From Octopus sinensis (lineage: Eukaryota), in contig NC_042997.1 of assembly GCF_006345805.1 (NCBI RefSeq), positions 95,542,001 through 95,606,000 of the forward strand: a DNA stretch of 64,000 nucleotides, given 5' to 3'. Made by a program: the position numbers and the translations under genes. Shown here piece by piece: positions 1-11,089 of this stretch (position 1 is its first letter; each line of letters begins with the position of its first letter). Under the pieces are notes generated by a model. The model worked only from the letters and a program-made list of their open reading frames with translations. It had not been told where the DNA came from and made no database searches.

Positions 1-51
1 GCGTATTTATCGTTATGGTAAAATCTGGCGTGTGATTGAGTGGATTTCATC

Positions 52-145
52 CAGATAGTTTTGGCTGACGAAGCTACAAGTGGATTTTTTTGTAAGTAAA
101 ATACATTTAATTCATTAATAGCGAAACAAGTCCCAAAATAATCTG
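52..145 (+). ncRNA. Type I HHR, copy 1 (variant: extra A after core, loop III AA instead of AATT)
   Basis: CAGAT-A-GTTTTGG CTGACGA(A) GCTA..TAGC GAAAC AA GTC CCAAAAT-A-ATCTG; predicted cleavage after 132. The indels may be assembly errors. Confidence 0.7.
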
Positions 146-583
146 TATTTTTGTTGTTTTTTATTTGCCCTGTCCGTGATGAGCTAACAATCGTACTGAC
201 TTTCATGGGAAACATGTATTTTTGTGGTTGAAACCTTTTGGATTAAATGGTGCTAGAGTGGGCCATATAGTGACCACTCTCTTATATTTATTGTAAACAA
301 TATTGTAATATATTATAAAATATTATAATAATCCAGGTTTCTCGGAGCACTAGGCCACTTGGTGTTGAATAGAATATACTATTAAATTAGTATCTAATTC
401 TCTCACCCTTATTAATTAATATATAATTATGCTGCATTTATTTCTAAATGCTGTATTTGTTTTCCGTGAGAGTTGGCGCTGTTAGGGGGGCATTTGAATC
501 ATAACGTCGGAGTTGTAATGCAATGACCCACACGCGTATTTATCGTTTGGTAAAATCTGGCGTGTGATTGAGTGGATTTCATC

Positions 584-675
584 CAGATAGTTTTGGCTGA
601 CGAGCTACAAGTGGATTTTTTTGTAGTAAAATACATTTATTCATTAATAGCGAAACAATTGTCCAAAATAATCTG
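584..675 (+). ncRNA. Type I HHR, copy 2 (one C missing from stem I)
   Basis: Core at 597; GAAAC AATT GTC; predicted cleavage after 663. Confidence 0.75.
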
Positions 676-1119
676 TTTTTGTTTTGTTTTTTATTTGCCC
701 TGTCCGTGTGAGCTAACAATCGTACTGACTTTCATGGGAAACATGTATTGTGGTGGTTGTGAAACCTTTTGGATTAACTGGTGCTAGAGTGAGCCATATA
801 GTGACCACTCTCTTATATTTATTTTGTAAAACTATTGTAATATATTATAAAATATTATAATAATCCAGGTTTCTCGGAGAGTACTAGGCCACTTGGTGTT
901 GAATAGATATACGATTTAATTAGTATCTAATTCTCTCACCCTATATTAATTACTATAATTATGGCTGCATTTATTTCTAAATGCTGTATTTGTTTTCCGG
1001 TGAGAGTTTGGCGCGCTGTTAGTTGGGGCATTTGAATCATAACGTCGGATGTAATCAATTGAACCACACGCATATTTATCGTTATGGTAAAATCTGGCGT
1101 GTGATTGAGGGATTTCATC

Positions 1120-1215
1120 CAGATAGTTTTGGCTGACGAGCTACAAGTGGTATTTTTTGTTGTAAGTAAAATTACATTAATTCATTTAGCGAAACAATTG
1201 TCCCAAAATAATCTG
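1120..1215 (+). ncRNA. Type I HHR, copy 3
   Basis: Core at 1133; intact catalytic nucleotides, indels only in distal stem II; predicted cleavage after 1202. Confidence 0.85.
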
Positions 1216-1654
1216 GTATTTGTTGTTTTTTATTTGCCTGTCCGTGGGAGCTAACAATCGTACTGACTTTCATGGGAAAACTGTATTTTTGTGGACTGAA
1301 ACCTTTTGGATTAACTGGTGCTAGAGTGAGCCATATAGTGACCACTCTCTTATATTTATTTGGTAAAATATTGTAATATATTATAAATTATATAATAATC
1401 CAGGTTTCTCGGGCAGCACTAGGCCACTTGGTGTTGAATAGATTTACTATTAAATTAGTATCTAATTCTCTCACCCTTATTAATTAATTATAATTATGCT
1501 GCATTTATGTCTAAATGCTGTATTTGTTTTTTCGTGGAGAGTTTGGCGCGCTGTTAGTTGGGGCATTTGAATCATAACGTCGGATGTAATCAATTGAACC
1601 ACACGCGTATTTATCGTTACGTAAAATCTGGCGTGTGATTGAGTGGATTTCATC

Positions 1655-1750
1655 CAGATAGTTTTGGCTGACGAGCTACAAGTGGATTTTTTTGTAAGTA
1701 AAATTACATTTAATTCATTAATAGCGAAACAATTGTCCCAAAATAATCTG
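1655..1750 (+). ncRNA. Type I HHR, copy 4 (consensus)
   Basis: CAGATAGTTTTGG CTGACGA GCTA [43 nt] TAGC GAAAC AATT GTC CCAAAATAATCTG; predicted cleavage after 1737. Confidence 0.9.
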
Positions 1751-2189
1751 TATTTTTGTTGTTTTTTATTTGCCCTGTCCGTGTGAGCTAACAATCGTAC
1801 TGACTTTCATGGGAAACATGTATTTTTGTGGTTGAAACCTTTTGGATTAACTGGTGCTAGAGTGGGCCATATAGTGACCACTCTCTTATATTTATTTTGT
1901 AAAAATATTGTAATATATTATAAAATATTATAATAATCCAGGTTTCTCGGAGCACTAGGCCACTTGGTGTTGAATAGATATACTATTAAATTAGTATCTA
2001 ATTCTCTCACCCTTATTAATTAATTATAATTATGCTGCATTTATTTCTAAATGCTGTATTTGTTTTCCGTGAGAGTTTGGCGCGCTGTTAGTTGGGGCAT
2101 TTGAATCATAACGTCGGATGTAATCAATTGAACCACACGCGTATTTATCGTTATGGTAAAATCTGGCGTGTGATTGAGTGGATTTCATC

Positions 2190-2285
2190 CAGATAGTTTT
2201 GGCTGACGAGCTACAAGTGGATTTTTTTGTAAGTAAAATTACATTTAATTCATTAATAGCGAAACAATTGTCCCAAAATAATCTG
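2190..2285 (+). ncRNA. Type I HHR, copy 5 (consensus)
   Basis: Core at 2203; predicted cleavage after 2272. Confidence 0.9.
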
Positions 2286-2722
2286 TATTTTTGTTGTTTT
2301 TTATTTGCCCTGTCCGTGTGAGCTAACAATCGTACTGACTTTCATGGGAAACATGTATTTTTGTGGTTGAAAGCTTTTGGATTAACTGGTGCTAGAGTGA
2401 GCCATATAGTGACCACTCTCTTATTATTTTGTTGTAAAAATATTGTAATATATTATAAAATATTATAATAATCCAGGTTTCTCGGAGCACTAGGCCACTT
2501 GGTGTTGAATAGATATACTATTAAATTAGTATCTAATTCTCTCACCCTTATTAATTAATTATAATTATGCTGCATTTATTTCTAAATGCTGTATTGTTTT
2601 CCGTGAGAGTTTGGCGCGCTGTTAGTTGGGGCATTTGAATCATAACGTCGGATGTAATCAATTGAACCACACGCGTATTATCGTTATGGTAAAATCTGGC
2701 GTGTGATTGAGTGGATTTCATC

Positions 2723-2818
2723 CAGATAGTTTTGGCTGACGAGCTACAAGTGGATTTTTTTGTAAGTAAAATTACATTTAATTCATTAATAGCGAAACAA
2801 TTGTCCCAAAATAATCTG
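2723..2818 (+). ncRNA. Type I HHR, copy 6 (consensus)
   Basis: Core at 2736; predicted cleavage after 2805. Confidence 0.9.
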
Positions 2819-3257
2819 TATTTTTGTTGTTTTTTATTTGCCCTGTCCGTGTGAGCTAACAATCGTACTGACTTTCATGGGAAACATGTATTTTTGTGGT
2901 TGAAAGCTTTTGGATTAACTGGTGCTAGAGTGAGCCATATAGTGACCACTCTCTTATATTTATTTTGTAAAAATATTGTAATATATTATAAAATATTATA
3001 ATAATCCAGGTTTCTCGGAGCACTAGGCCACTTGGTGTTGAATAGATATACTATTAAATTAGTATCTAATTCTCTCACCCTTATTAATTAATTATAATTA
3101 TGCTGCATTTATTTCTAAATGCTGATTTGTTTTCCGTGAGAGTTTGCGCGCGCTGTTAGTTGGGGCATTTGAATCATAACGTCGGATGTAATCAATTGAA
3201 CCACACGCGTATTTATCGTTATGGTAAAATCTGGCGTGTGATTGAGTGGATTTCATC

Positions 3258-3352
3258 CAGATAGTTTTGGCTGACGAGCTACAGTGGATTTTTTTGTAAG
3301 TAAAATTACATTTAATTCATTAATAGCGAAACAATTGTCCCAAAATAATCTG
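3258..3352 (+). ncRNA. Type I HHR, copy 7
   Basis: Core at 3271; predicted cleavage after 3339. Confidence 0.88.
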
Positions 3353-3787
3353 TATTTTTGTTTTTTTTTATTTGCCCTGTCCGTGTGAGCTAACAATCGT
3401 ACTGACTTTCATGGGAAACATGTATTTTTGTGGTTGAAAGTTTTGGATTAACTGGTGCTAGAGTGAGCCATATAGTGACCACTCTCTTATATTTATTTTG
3501 TAAAAATATTGTAATATATTATAAAATATTATAATAATCCAGGTTTCTCGAGCACTAGGCCACTTGGGTTGAATAGATATACTATTAAATTAGTATCTAA
3601 TTCTCTCACCCTTATTAATTAATTATAATTATGCTGCATTTATTTCTAAATGCTGTATTTGTTTTCCGTGAGAGTTTGCGCGCTGCTTAGTTGGGGCATT
3701 TGAATCATAACGTCGGATGTAATCAATTGAACCACACGCGTATTATCGTTATGGTAAAATCTGGCGTGTGATTGAGTGGATTTCATC

Positions 3788-3882
3788 CAGATAGTTTGGC
3801 TGACGAGCTACAAGTGGATTTTTTTGTAAGTAAAATTACATTTAATTCATTAATAGCGAAACAATTGTCCCAAAATAATCTG
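3788..3882 (+). ncRNA. Type I HHR, copy 8 (one T missing from stem I)
   Basis: Core at 3800; predicted cleavage after 3869. Confidence 0.85.
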
Positions 3883-4321
3883 TATTTTTGTTGTTTTTAT
3901 TTGCCCTGTCCGTGTGAGCTAACAATCGTACTGACTTTCATGGGAAACATGTATATTTTGTGGTTGAAACCTTTTGGATTAACTTTAATGTGGCTCTAGA
4001 TATGAGCCCTCTCTATATCTCTTATTTATTTTGTAAAATATGTAATATATTATAAAATATTATAATAATCCAGGTTTCTCGGAGCACTAGGCCACTTGGT
4101 GTTGAATAGATATACTATTAAATTAGTATCTAATTCTCTCACCCTTATTAATTAATTATAATTATGCTGCATTTATTTCTAAATGCTGTATTTGTTTTCC
4201 GTGAGAGTTTGGCGCGCTGTTAGTTGGGGCATTTGAATCATAACGTCGGATGTAATCAATTGAACCACACGCGTATTTATCGTTATGGTAAAATCTGGCG
4301 TGTGATTGAGTGGATTTCATC

Positions 4322-4417
4322 CAGATAGTTTTGGCTGACGAGCTACAAGTGGATTTTTTTGTAAGTAAAATTACATTTAATTCATTAATAGCGAAACAAC
4401 TGTCCCAAAATAATCTG
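4322..4417 (+). ncRNA. Type I HHR, copy 9 (loop III AACT, palindrome broken)
   Basis: Core at 4335; GAAAC AACT GTC; predicted cleavage after 4404. Confidence 0.8.
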
Positions 4418-4854
4418 TATTTTTGTTGTTTTTTATTTGCCCTGTCCGTGTGAGCTAACAATCGTACTGACTTTCATGGGAAACATGTATTTTGTGGTTG
4501 AAACCTTTTGGATTAACTGGTGCTAGAGTGAGCCATATAGTGACCACTCTCTTATATTTATTTTGTAAAAATATTGTAATATATTATAAAATATTATAAT
4601 AATCCAGGTTTCTCGGAGCACTAGGCCACTTGTGTGAATAGATATACTATTTAATTAGTATCTAATTCTCTCACCCTTATAATTAATTATAATTATGCTG
4701 CATTTATTTCTAAATGCTGTGTATTTGTTTTCTGTGAGAGTTTGGCGCGCTGTTAGTTGGGGCATTTGAATCATAACGTCGGATGTAATCAATTGAACCA
4801 CACGCGTATTTATCGTTATGGTAAAATCTGGCGTGTGATTGAGTGGATTTCATC

Positions 4855-4949
4855 CAGATAGTTTTGGCTGACGAGCTACAAGTGGATTTTTTTGTAAGTA
4901 AAATTACATTAATTCATTAATAGCGAAACAATTGTCCCAAAATAATCTG
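4855..4949 (+). ncRNA. Type I HHR, copy 10
   Basis: Core at 4868; predicted cleavage after 4936. Confidence 0.88.
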
Positions 4950-5382
4950 TATTTTTGTTGTTTTTTATTTGCCCTGTCCGTGTGAGCTAACAATCGTACT
5001 GACTTCATGGGAAACATGTATTTTTGTGGTTGAAACCTTTTGGATTAACTGGTGCTAGAGTGAGCCATATAGTGACCACCTCTTATATTTATTTTGTAAA
5101 AATATTGTATATATTATAAAATATTATAATAATCCAGGTTTTCGGAGCACTAGGCCACTTGGTGTTGAATAGATATACTATTAAATTAGTATCTAATTCT
5201 CTCACCCTTATTAATTAATTATAATTATGCTGCATTTATTCTAAATGCTGTATTGTTTTCCGTGAGAGTTTGGCGCGCTGTTAGTTGGGGCATTTGAATC
5301 ATAACGTCGGATGTAATCAATTGAACCACACGCGTATTTATCGTTATGGTAAAATCTGGCGTGTGATTGAGTGGATTTCATC

Positions 5383-5477
5383 CAGATAGTTTTGGCTGAC
5401 GAGCTACAAGTGGATTTTTTGTAAGTAAAATTACATTTAATTCATTAATAGCGAAACAATTGTTCCAAAATAATCTG
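5383..5477 (+). ncRNA. Type I HHR, copy 11 (GUU cleavage triplet)
   Basis: Core at 5396; GAAAC AATT GTT CCAAAA; predicted cleavage after 5464. Confidence 0.8.
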
Positions 5478-5912
5478 TATTTTTGTTGTTTTTTATTTGC
5501 CCTGTCCGTGTGAGCTAACAATCGTACTGACTTTCATGGGAACATGTATTTTGTGGTTGAAAGCTTTTGGATTAACTGGTGCTAGAGTGAGCCATATAGT
5601 GACCACTCTCTTTATTTATTTTGTAAAAATATTGTAATATATTATAAAATATTATAATAATCCAGGTTTCTCGGAGCACTAGGCCACTTGGTGTTGAATA
5701 GATATACTATTAAATTAGTATCTAATTCTCTCACCCTTATTAATTAATTATAATTATGCTGCATTATTTCTAAATGCTGTATTTGTTTTCCGTGAGAGTT
5801 TGGCGCGCTGTTAGTTGGGGCATTTGAATCATAACGTCGGATGTAATCAATTGAACCACACGCGTATTTATCGTTATGGTAAAATCTGGCGTGTGATTGA
5901 GTGGATTTCATC

Positions 5913-6008
5913 CAGATAGTTTTGGCTGACGAGCTACAAGTGGATTTTTTTGTAAGTAAAATTACATTTAATTCATTAATAGCGAAACAATTGTCCCAAA
6001 ATAATCTG
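5913..6008 (+). ncRNA. Type I HHR, copy 12 (consensus)
   Basis: Core at 5926; predicted cleavage after 5995. Confidence 0.9.
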
Positions 6009-6444
6009 TTATTTTTGTTGTTTTTTATTTGCCCTGTCCGTGTGAGCTAACAATCGTACTGACTTTCATGGGAAACATGTATTGTTTGTGGTGAAAGCTT
6101 TTGGATTAACTGGTGCTAGAGTGAGCCATTAGTGACCACTCTCTTATATTTATTTTGTAAAAATATTGTAATATATTAAATATTATAATAATCCAGGTTT
6201 CTCGGAGCACTAGGCCACTTGGTGTTGAATAGATATACTATTAAATTAGTATCTAATTCTCTCACCCTTATTAATTAATTATAATTATGCTGCATTTATT
6301 TCTAAATGCTGTATTTGTTTTCCGTGAGAGTTTGGCGCGCTGTTAGTTGGGGCATTTGAATCATAACGTCGGATGTAATCAATTGAACCACACGCGTATT
6401 TATCGTTATGGTAAAATCTGGCGTGTGATTGAGTGGATTTCATC

Positions 6445-6539
6445 CAGATAGTTTTGGCTGACGAGCTACAAGTGGATTTTTTTGTAAGTAAAATTACATT
6501 AATTCATTAATAGCGAAACAATTGTCCCAAAATAATCTG
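6445..6539 (+). ncRNA. Type I HHR, copy 13
   Basis: Core at 6458; predicted cleavage after 6526. Confidence 0.88.
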
Positions 6540-6810
6540 TTTTTTGTGGTTTTTATTTGCCCTGTCCGTGTGAGCTAACAATCGTACTGACTTTCATGGG
6601 AAACATGTATTTTTTGGGTTGAAACCTTTTGGATTAACTGGTGCTAGAGTGAGCCATATAGTGACCACTCTCTTATATTTATTTTGTAAAAATATTGTAA
6701 TATATTATAAAATATTATTATAATCCAGGTTTCTCGGAGCACTAGGCCACTTGGTGTGAATAGATATACTATTAAATTAGTATCTAATTCTCTCACCCTT
6801 ATTAATTAAT

Positions 6811-6820
6811 TATATATATA

Positions 6821-6863
<43 letters not shown>

Positions 6864-6880
6864 TATATATATATATATAT

Positions 6881-6932
<52 letters not shown>
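6811..6932. repeat. (TA)n microsatellite abutting the end of the array
   Basis: About 120 bp of nearly pure TA dinucleotide. Confidence 0.95.
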
Positions 6933-6936
<4 letters not shown>

Positions 6937-8810
6937 CCTTTTTATTTCCTTTCTTTCAAAGAATACCCCTAGAATCAAGAGAGCTAGCTCCAAGCATTTG
7001 TACAAAAATATTATTTGATAATTATGTCCTTCTGTACATAAATTATTTAGTTTTGTTTTCGTGCAATAAGCAAATCAATGCAAAATTTGAATCATTTAGT
7101 GTTGAAAAATGTGTTTCCGGTGTTTATGGAAATGGTGGCATGATGAATACTATATCGTACATAGGTATAAACATTTTATTTAAATATGTTTTCCTGTAGG
7201 AAAGTTTAGAATTTAACATAGTCTTATAAGCAACATATACGCCTTCCAACTATCTAAACTTGATTACCTTACTGCATATGTATGTGTAAAGAGTAGCAAC
7301 ATCTATAGAAAAAAAGTGACTGATGGCCCAACATGAATGTCTCCCTTGTCGAAGGTACGGATATTTTGTTCTAAGGGACAAAGTGCCGGATTAAGTCGCT
7401 AGTGTTTGGCATCAGTGTCACTGCAAGCGTTGCTTTCAGGATACAGTGAACAAGACCACATATCTCAAATCGAAAAGTATCTCATACGTCTTTCTAACAT
7501 TTTCGCTAGTTTATTGGCCAGGATTAGTTCTATTTTATAAACTCCGATAGGTGAAGAGCAAATTTGACTTGAGCAGGATGTGAGTGCAGAGCGACAATAC
7601 AAGTACGTGAAGTCATTCCACCAAAGGCCCAAACAAGAAATCAGCGCCTTTAGATATATTAAAGAATATCTTACCTGAAGATGAAAGCTGTCTCATATAC
7701 ACAATTATTTATACTTAATTCTTACGGATATACGATGTAACATTCAAGCATTGCATATTTAACTTGCCTTGTATATGTCTTTCTGTTACTTTAATTTGAA
7801 TATGTCCTTTAATTTAAATATATTTTCTCTTTCATATTCAACCTTTGACATTATCATTCTTTAAATTTGAAACAAATGATTTGCACTAAATACTGCTAAT
7901 ATGTCTTCTGAATAAGACTATAATGTTTTCCGCGCCTCTTCGTCGATAATATGCTTCCTCGTGAAAGATAATTCAAAAACTTTTTCCGTTCTGAAAGGTT
8001 TTACAGATTCTTAGAGTCTGCATAGTAGAATCCGGTTGTTCTTAGATGGAATATATCATAACATGATTCGTAGTGAATAGATTTCAATTTCGACGCAAAT
8101 CTCTCAACTTGCTTGATTAAGCTATTACATGATTCCTGAACATAAAAATCCATTACGTTTTCTTTCAGTTTGTTTACCTATCCTGACCTTAGTACGATTT
8201 TGCTAACTTTGGTGTGTAGATATCCTGAAAGAATAACGTATTGGACATTAAGGTTGCACATGCATGCTTCTAATTTCCGTTGTGAATACAGTAGGAGATG
8301 TTAATTTCTATTTATGTGAAAGGGAATTGTATGTATTCCTTCCAAATTCTTTGCATAAATCCCGCAAGAATTTACACTACACAAAAACCTATAATTCTGA
8401 CTCTTTGGAGCAAAACCAAAAGTTATTTACTTCGGCCATAATTCCATTAGATTGAACTTTGCATTGAACAGTCATGGCTTTGAACAATCATGCGTTTCTA
8501 TTTATTTTATTCTATTTTATTTTTCTGAGTCACAAACTCATGCTTTAATCGGAAATCATATTTCTGTTAATGAGGGTTTATTTATACATAGAGTTTCAAT
8601 GAGAATTTGAAACATCAAATATAACTTATTGAATTTTACATATCAAATCTAATAGAAAATTGGAAAGATATCATTCTGCAAATGATAGAAAAGTGTGTCT
8701 AGAAATTAAAGAAAGTGAAATAGAATTATTTAATTTTCTGTCTATATAGAGTATTCCCCAAAGCATAATATACATCTACACATGCTTGTGCACACACACA
8801 CACACGCGCG

Positions 8811-8845
<35 letters not shown>

Positions 8846-9206
8846 ATGTATGTGTGTGCGCGCGTGTATGTGGAGATAGATAGGTAGATATGTTTGATGT
8901 TTATGTATGTTTAGTCATATCGTGTTCTGTACAGTGGTTCAAAACATTCACTTTAAGTTCATAGGTATTCATGTTCATGATCAATGCATATGCTTCTAAT
9001 ATAAAAATCCACTTTACATTAAATAGTTAAGGAACTATAAATACACGTGAGGCGGTTCACTTGAAACTTGATTTGAGAGATGTGCCGGATTATGATAAGA
9101 TATCAGTAATTACTTTTTGAAGAAAAATATAAAACGATTATTTTCAAATTTAATTTCAGTTCCTGTTACAATTCCGCACATAGCTGTTTTTCCATACATA
9201 GACACA

Positions 9207-9262
9207 TACATACATACATACATACATACATACATACATACATACATACATACATACACACA
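9207..9262. repeat. (TACA)n microsatellite
   Basis: Direct reading. Confidence 0.9.
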
Positions 9263-10240
9263 CATACAAGAGTGTGTGCGTGCGCGCGTGCATAATTATG
9301 CATTTTTAAGAGGGTGTATGTATATATATTCTGATACGCACCTATCCCATATTAGAAATTACCGCTTCAAATATAGATAGTTTCTTTATATCATGCACAG
9401 AATTCCACTTTTAGTTTCATTTCGAAATAAACTTGTTTAATAATGTTTAGCAAGGAAATAAATATTAATTCGGATATTAAGAGATATATAAGTGTCAATA
9501 TTCTGAAATAAAAAAGCTAACTATATTTTGGAATGTCATATTCGCAGGAAATTACTTTTCATTTCATGTCACAAATATAATTTTTCCTATAGCTGAAACA
9601 TTTTGACATTTTACCAATTAGCTTAAGGATCATTAATTAATAACTAATTTTCACTAAAAATTATAAAATAATTATTTATATGTCTCAAAGAATATGTGAT
9701 TTTCGTAATATGTAATTGAACAACTTCAGGCAGGTTTCAATCATACTGAGCAACGATTATCCAAAATTATGCTTGCTTATTCAATCGACCAAAGAATTCG
9801 CTTAAACAAAATTAATTGCGAAGTGTTTAGGTCAGTATTAATTTGAAAAATTCAGAAAACACTCTATGCAACATACCATGCACAAAATTATTAGACCGTC
9901 TGAAGCATTGCATAGCGTTATTTGTTACGGAGAACTTACTTCAAAGAGTACATATCTTGTCGAGAGTAACTTTTCTTTTCATACGTCTGACGTTGATAAA
10001 ATAAAATAGTGTACAAGCGAATTACTCACGTTTTTCTAGTCACAAATATTTATTGAACAGAAATAGTGATAGTATAAACTGACTCGCTGCTGCTATACCT
10101 TTATATATTAAATACAAGTTATTTAGTTCCCAAAATATTTATTTCAAAAGTCAAGTAGTGTAAATTGAAGCAAGCAGATGATTGTTTAATCCATTAAATT
10201 TAATTAGTTGAATCTTAGACATGCAGTCTGATATATATAT

Positions 10241-10302
<62 letters not shown>

Positions 10303-10342
10303 CGTGTGTGTGTATGTGTGTGTGTGTGTATGTGTGTATGTA

Positions 10343-10643
10343 GAGGCGCAATGGCCCAGTGGTTAGATCAGTGATCTCGCTGTCGTAGGATCGCGGTTTT
10401 GATTCTCAGACCGCGTGGTTGTGAGTGTTTATTGAGCGAAAACACCTAAAGCTCCACAAGCCTCCAGCAGGGGGGGGGCATCCCTGTTGTACTCTTTCGC
10501 CATAACTTTCTCTCACTCTTTCTTCTGTTGGCCTGCTCACTTATCAAGCGGAGTGGCGCCATGTGAAGGCTAAAAAAATGCGAAGCGCATTGTGACCAGC
10601 GATGTGTAGCAACTAACAACATCTCATAGCTTGGTCGGTCACG

Positions 10644-10647
<4 letters not shown>
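10343..10647 (+). mobile_element. tRNA-derived SINE flanked by microsatellites
   Basis: Head GGCGCAATGGCCCAGTGGTTAG (A box) and GGTTTTGATTCT (B-box-like). The GC-richer body ends in (TA)n. Confidence 0.8.
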
Positions 10648-10731
<84 letters not shown>

Positions 10732-11089
10732 CATACATACAAATATATATAGCGTGAGGGGAAAGAGTGAATGTGTATGCAATTTATAGGAGGTCCTACT
10801 ATTAACTATAGGCTTTCTAAATACATTACCCGCAATATATCTATCTATACGCGTGTGTGTGTGCATGTCTGTACATGTGTGTGTGTGGGGGGTGCGTGTG
10901 AGCGCTTATGCGCCTGCATGTATGTATATACAAGGTCTTGATGAAATGTTCCTGACTTTGGGTAAAAGGAAATCAAGGAGGAGCAGTAAATTGTGATTTT
11001 ATTCAATATACTCCCCTTTCCCCTTTTAGCTTCACACACTTATTGTAGCGATCATTCAGTTTTTCTAAGCCTTGTTTTTTCTAAAGCCT

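Larger units (their letters stand above)
1..6814 (+). mobile_element. Tandem array of ~535-bp units, each with a Type I hammerhead ribozyme; non-LTR retrozyme-like array (continues beyond the left edge of the window)
   Basis: CTGACGA core starts at 65, 597, 1133, 1668, 2203, 2736, 3271, 3800, 4335, 4868, 5396, 5926, 6458 (spacing 528-536). Units are near-identical apart from scattered indels. There is no credible CDS. The array ends in (TA)n. Confidence 0.9.

Noticed and set aside
2085-2110. Pol III A/B-box-like motifs (TGGCGCGCTG, ATTTGAATC) in the unit
   Set aside because: The matches are poor and too closely spaced, and T5-T7 runs in the unit, including inside the ribozyme, would terminate Pol III.
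572-4461. Recurring ~100-aa ORFs (MLAHTDRANKK.., MDFIQIVLAD..) in the array
   Set aside because: They recur only because the unit repeats. They start at non-ATG codons, are broken by indels in most copies, and show no recognisable domain.
1-6814. CRISPR array, snRNA/5S cluster or spliced-leader RNA array (GTAAGT in stem II loop, ATTTTTG Sm-like runs)
   Set aside because: There are no unique spacers and no match to U1/U2/U4/U5/U6/5S sequences. The Sm-like runs lack purine flanks. The hammerhead fold explains the conserved motifs better.
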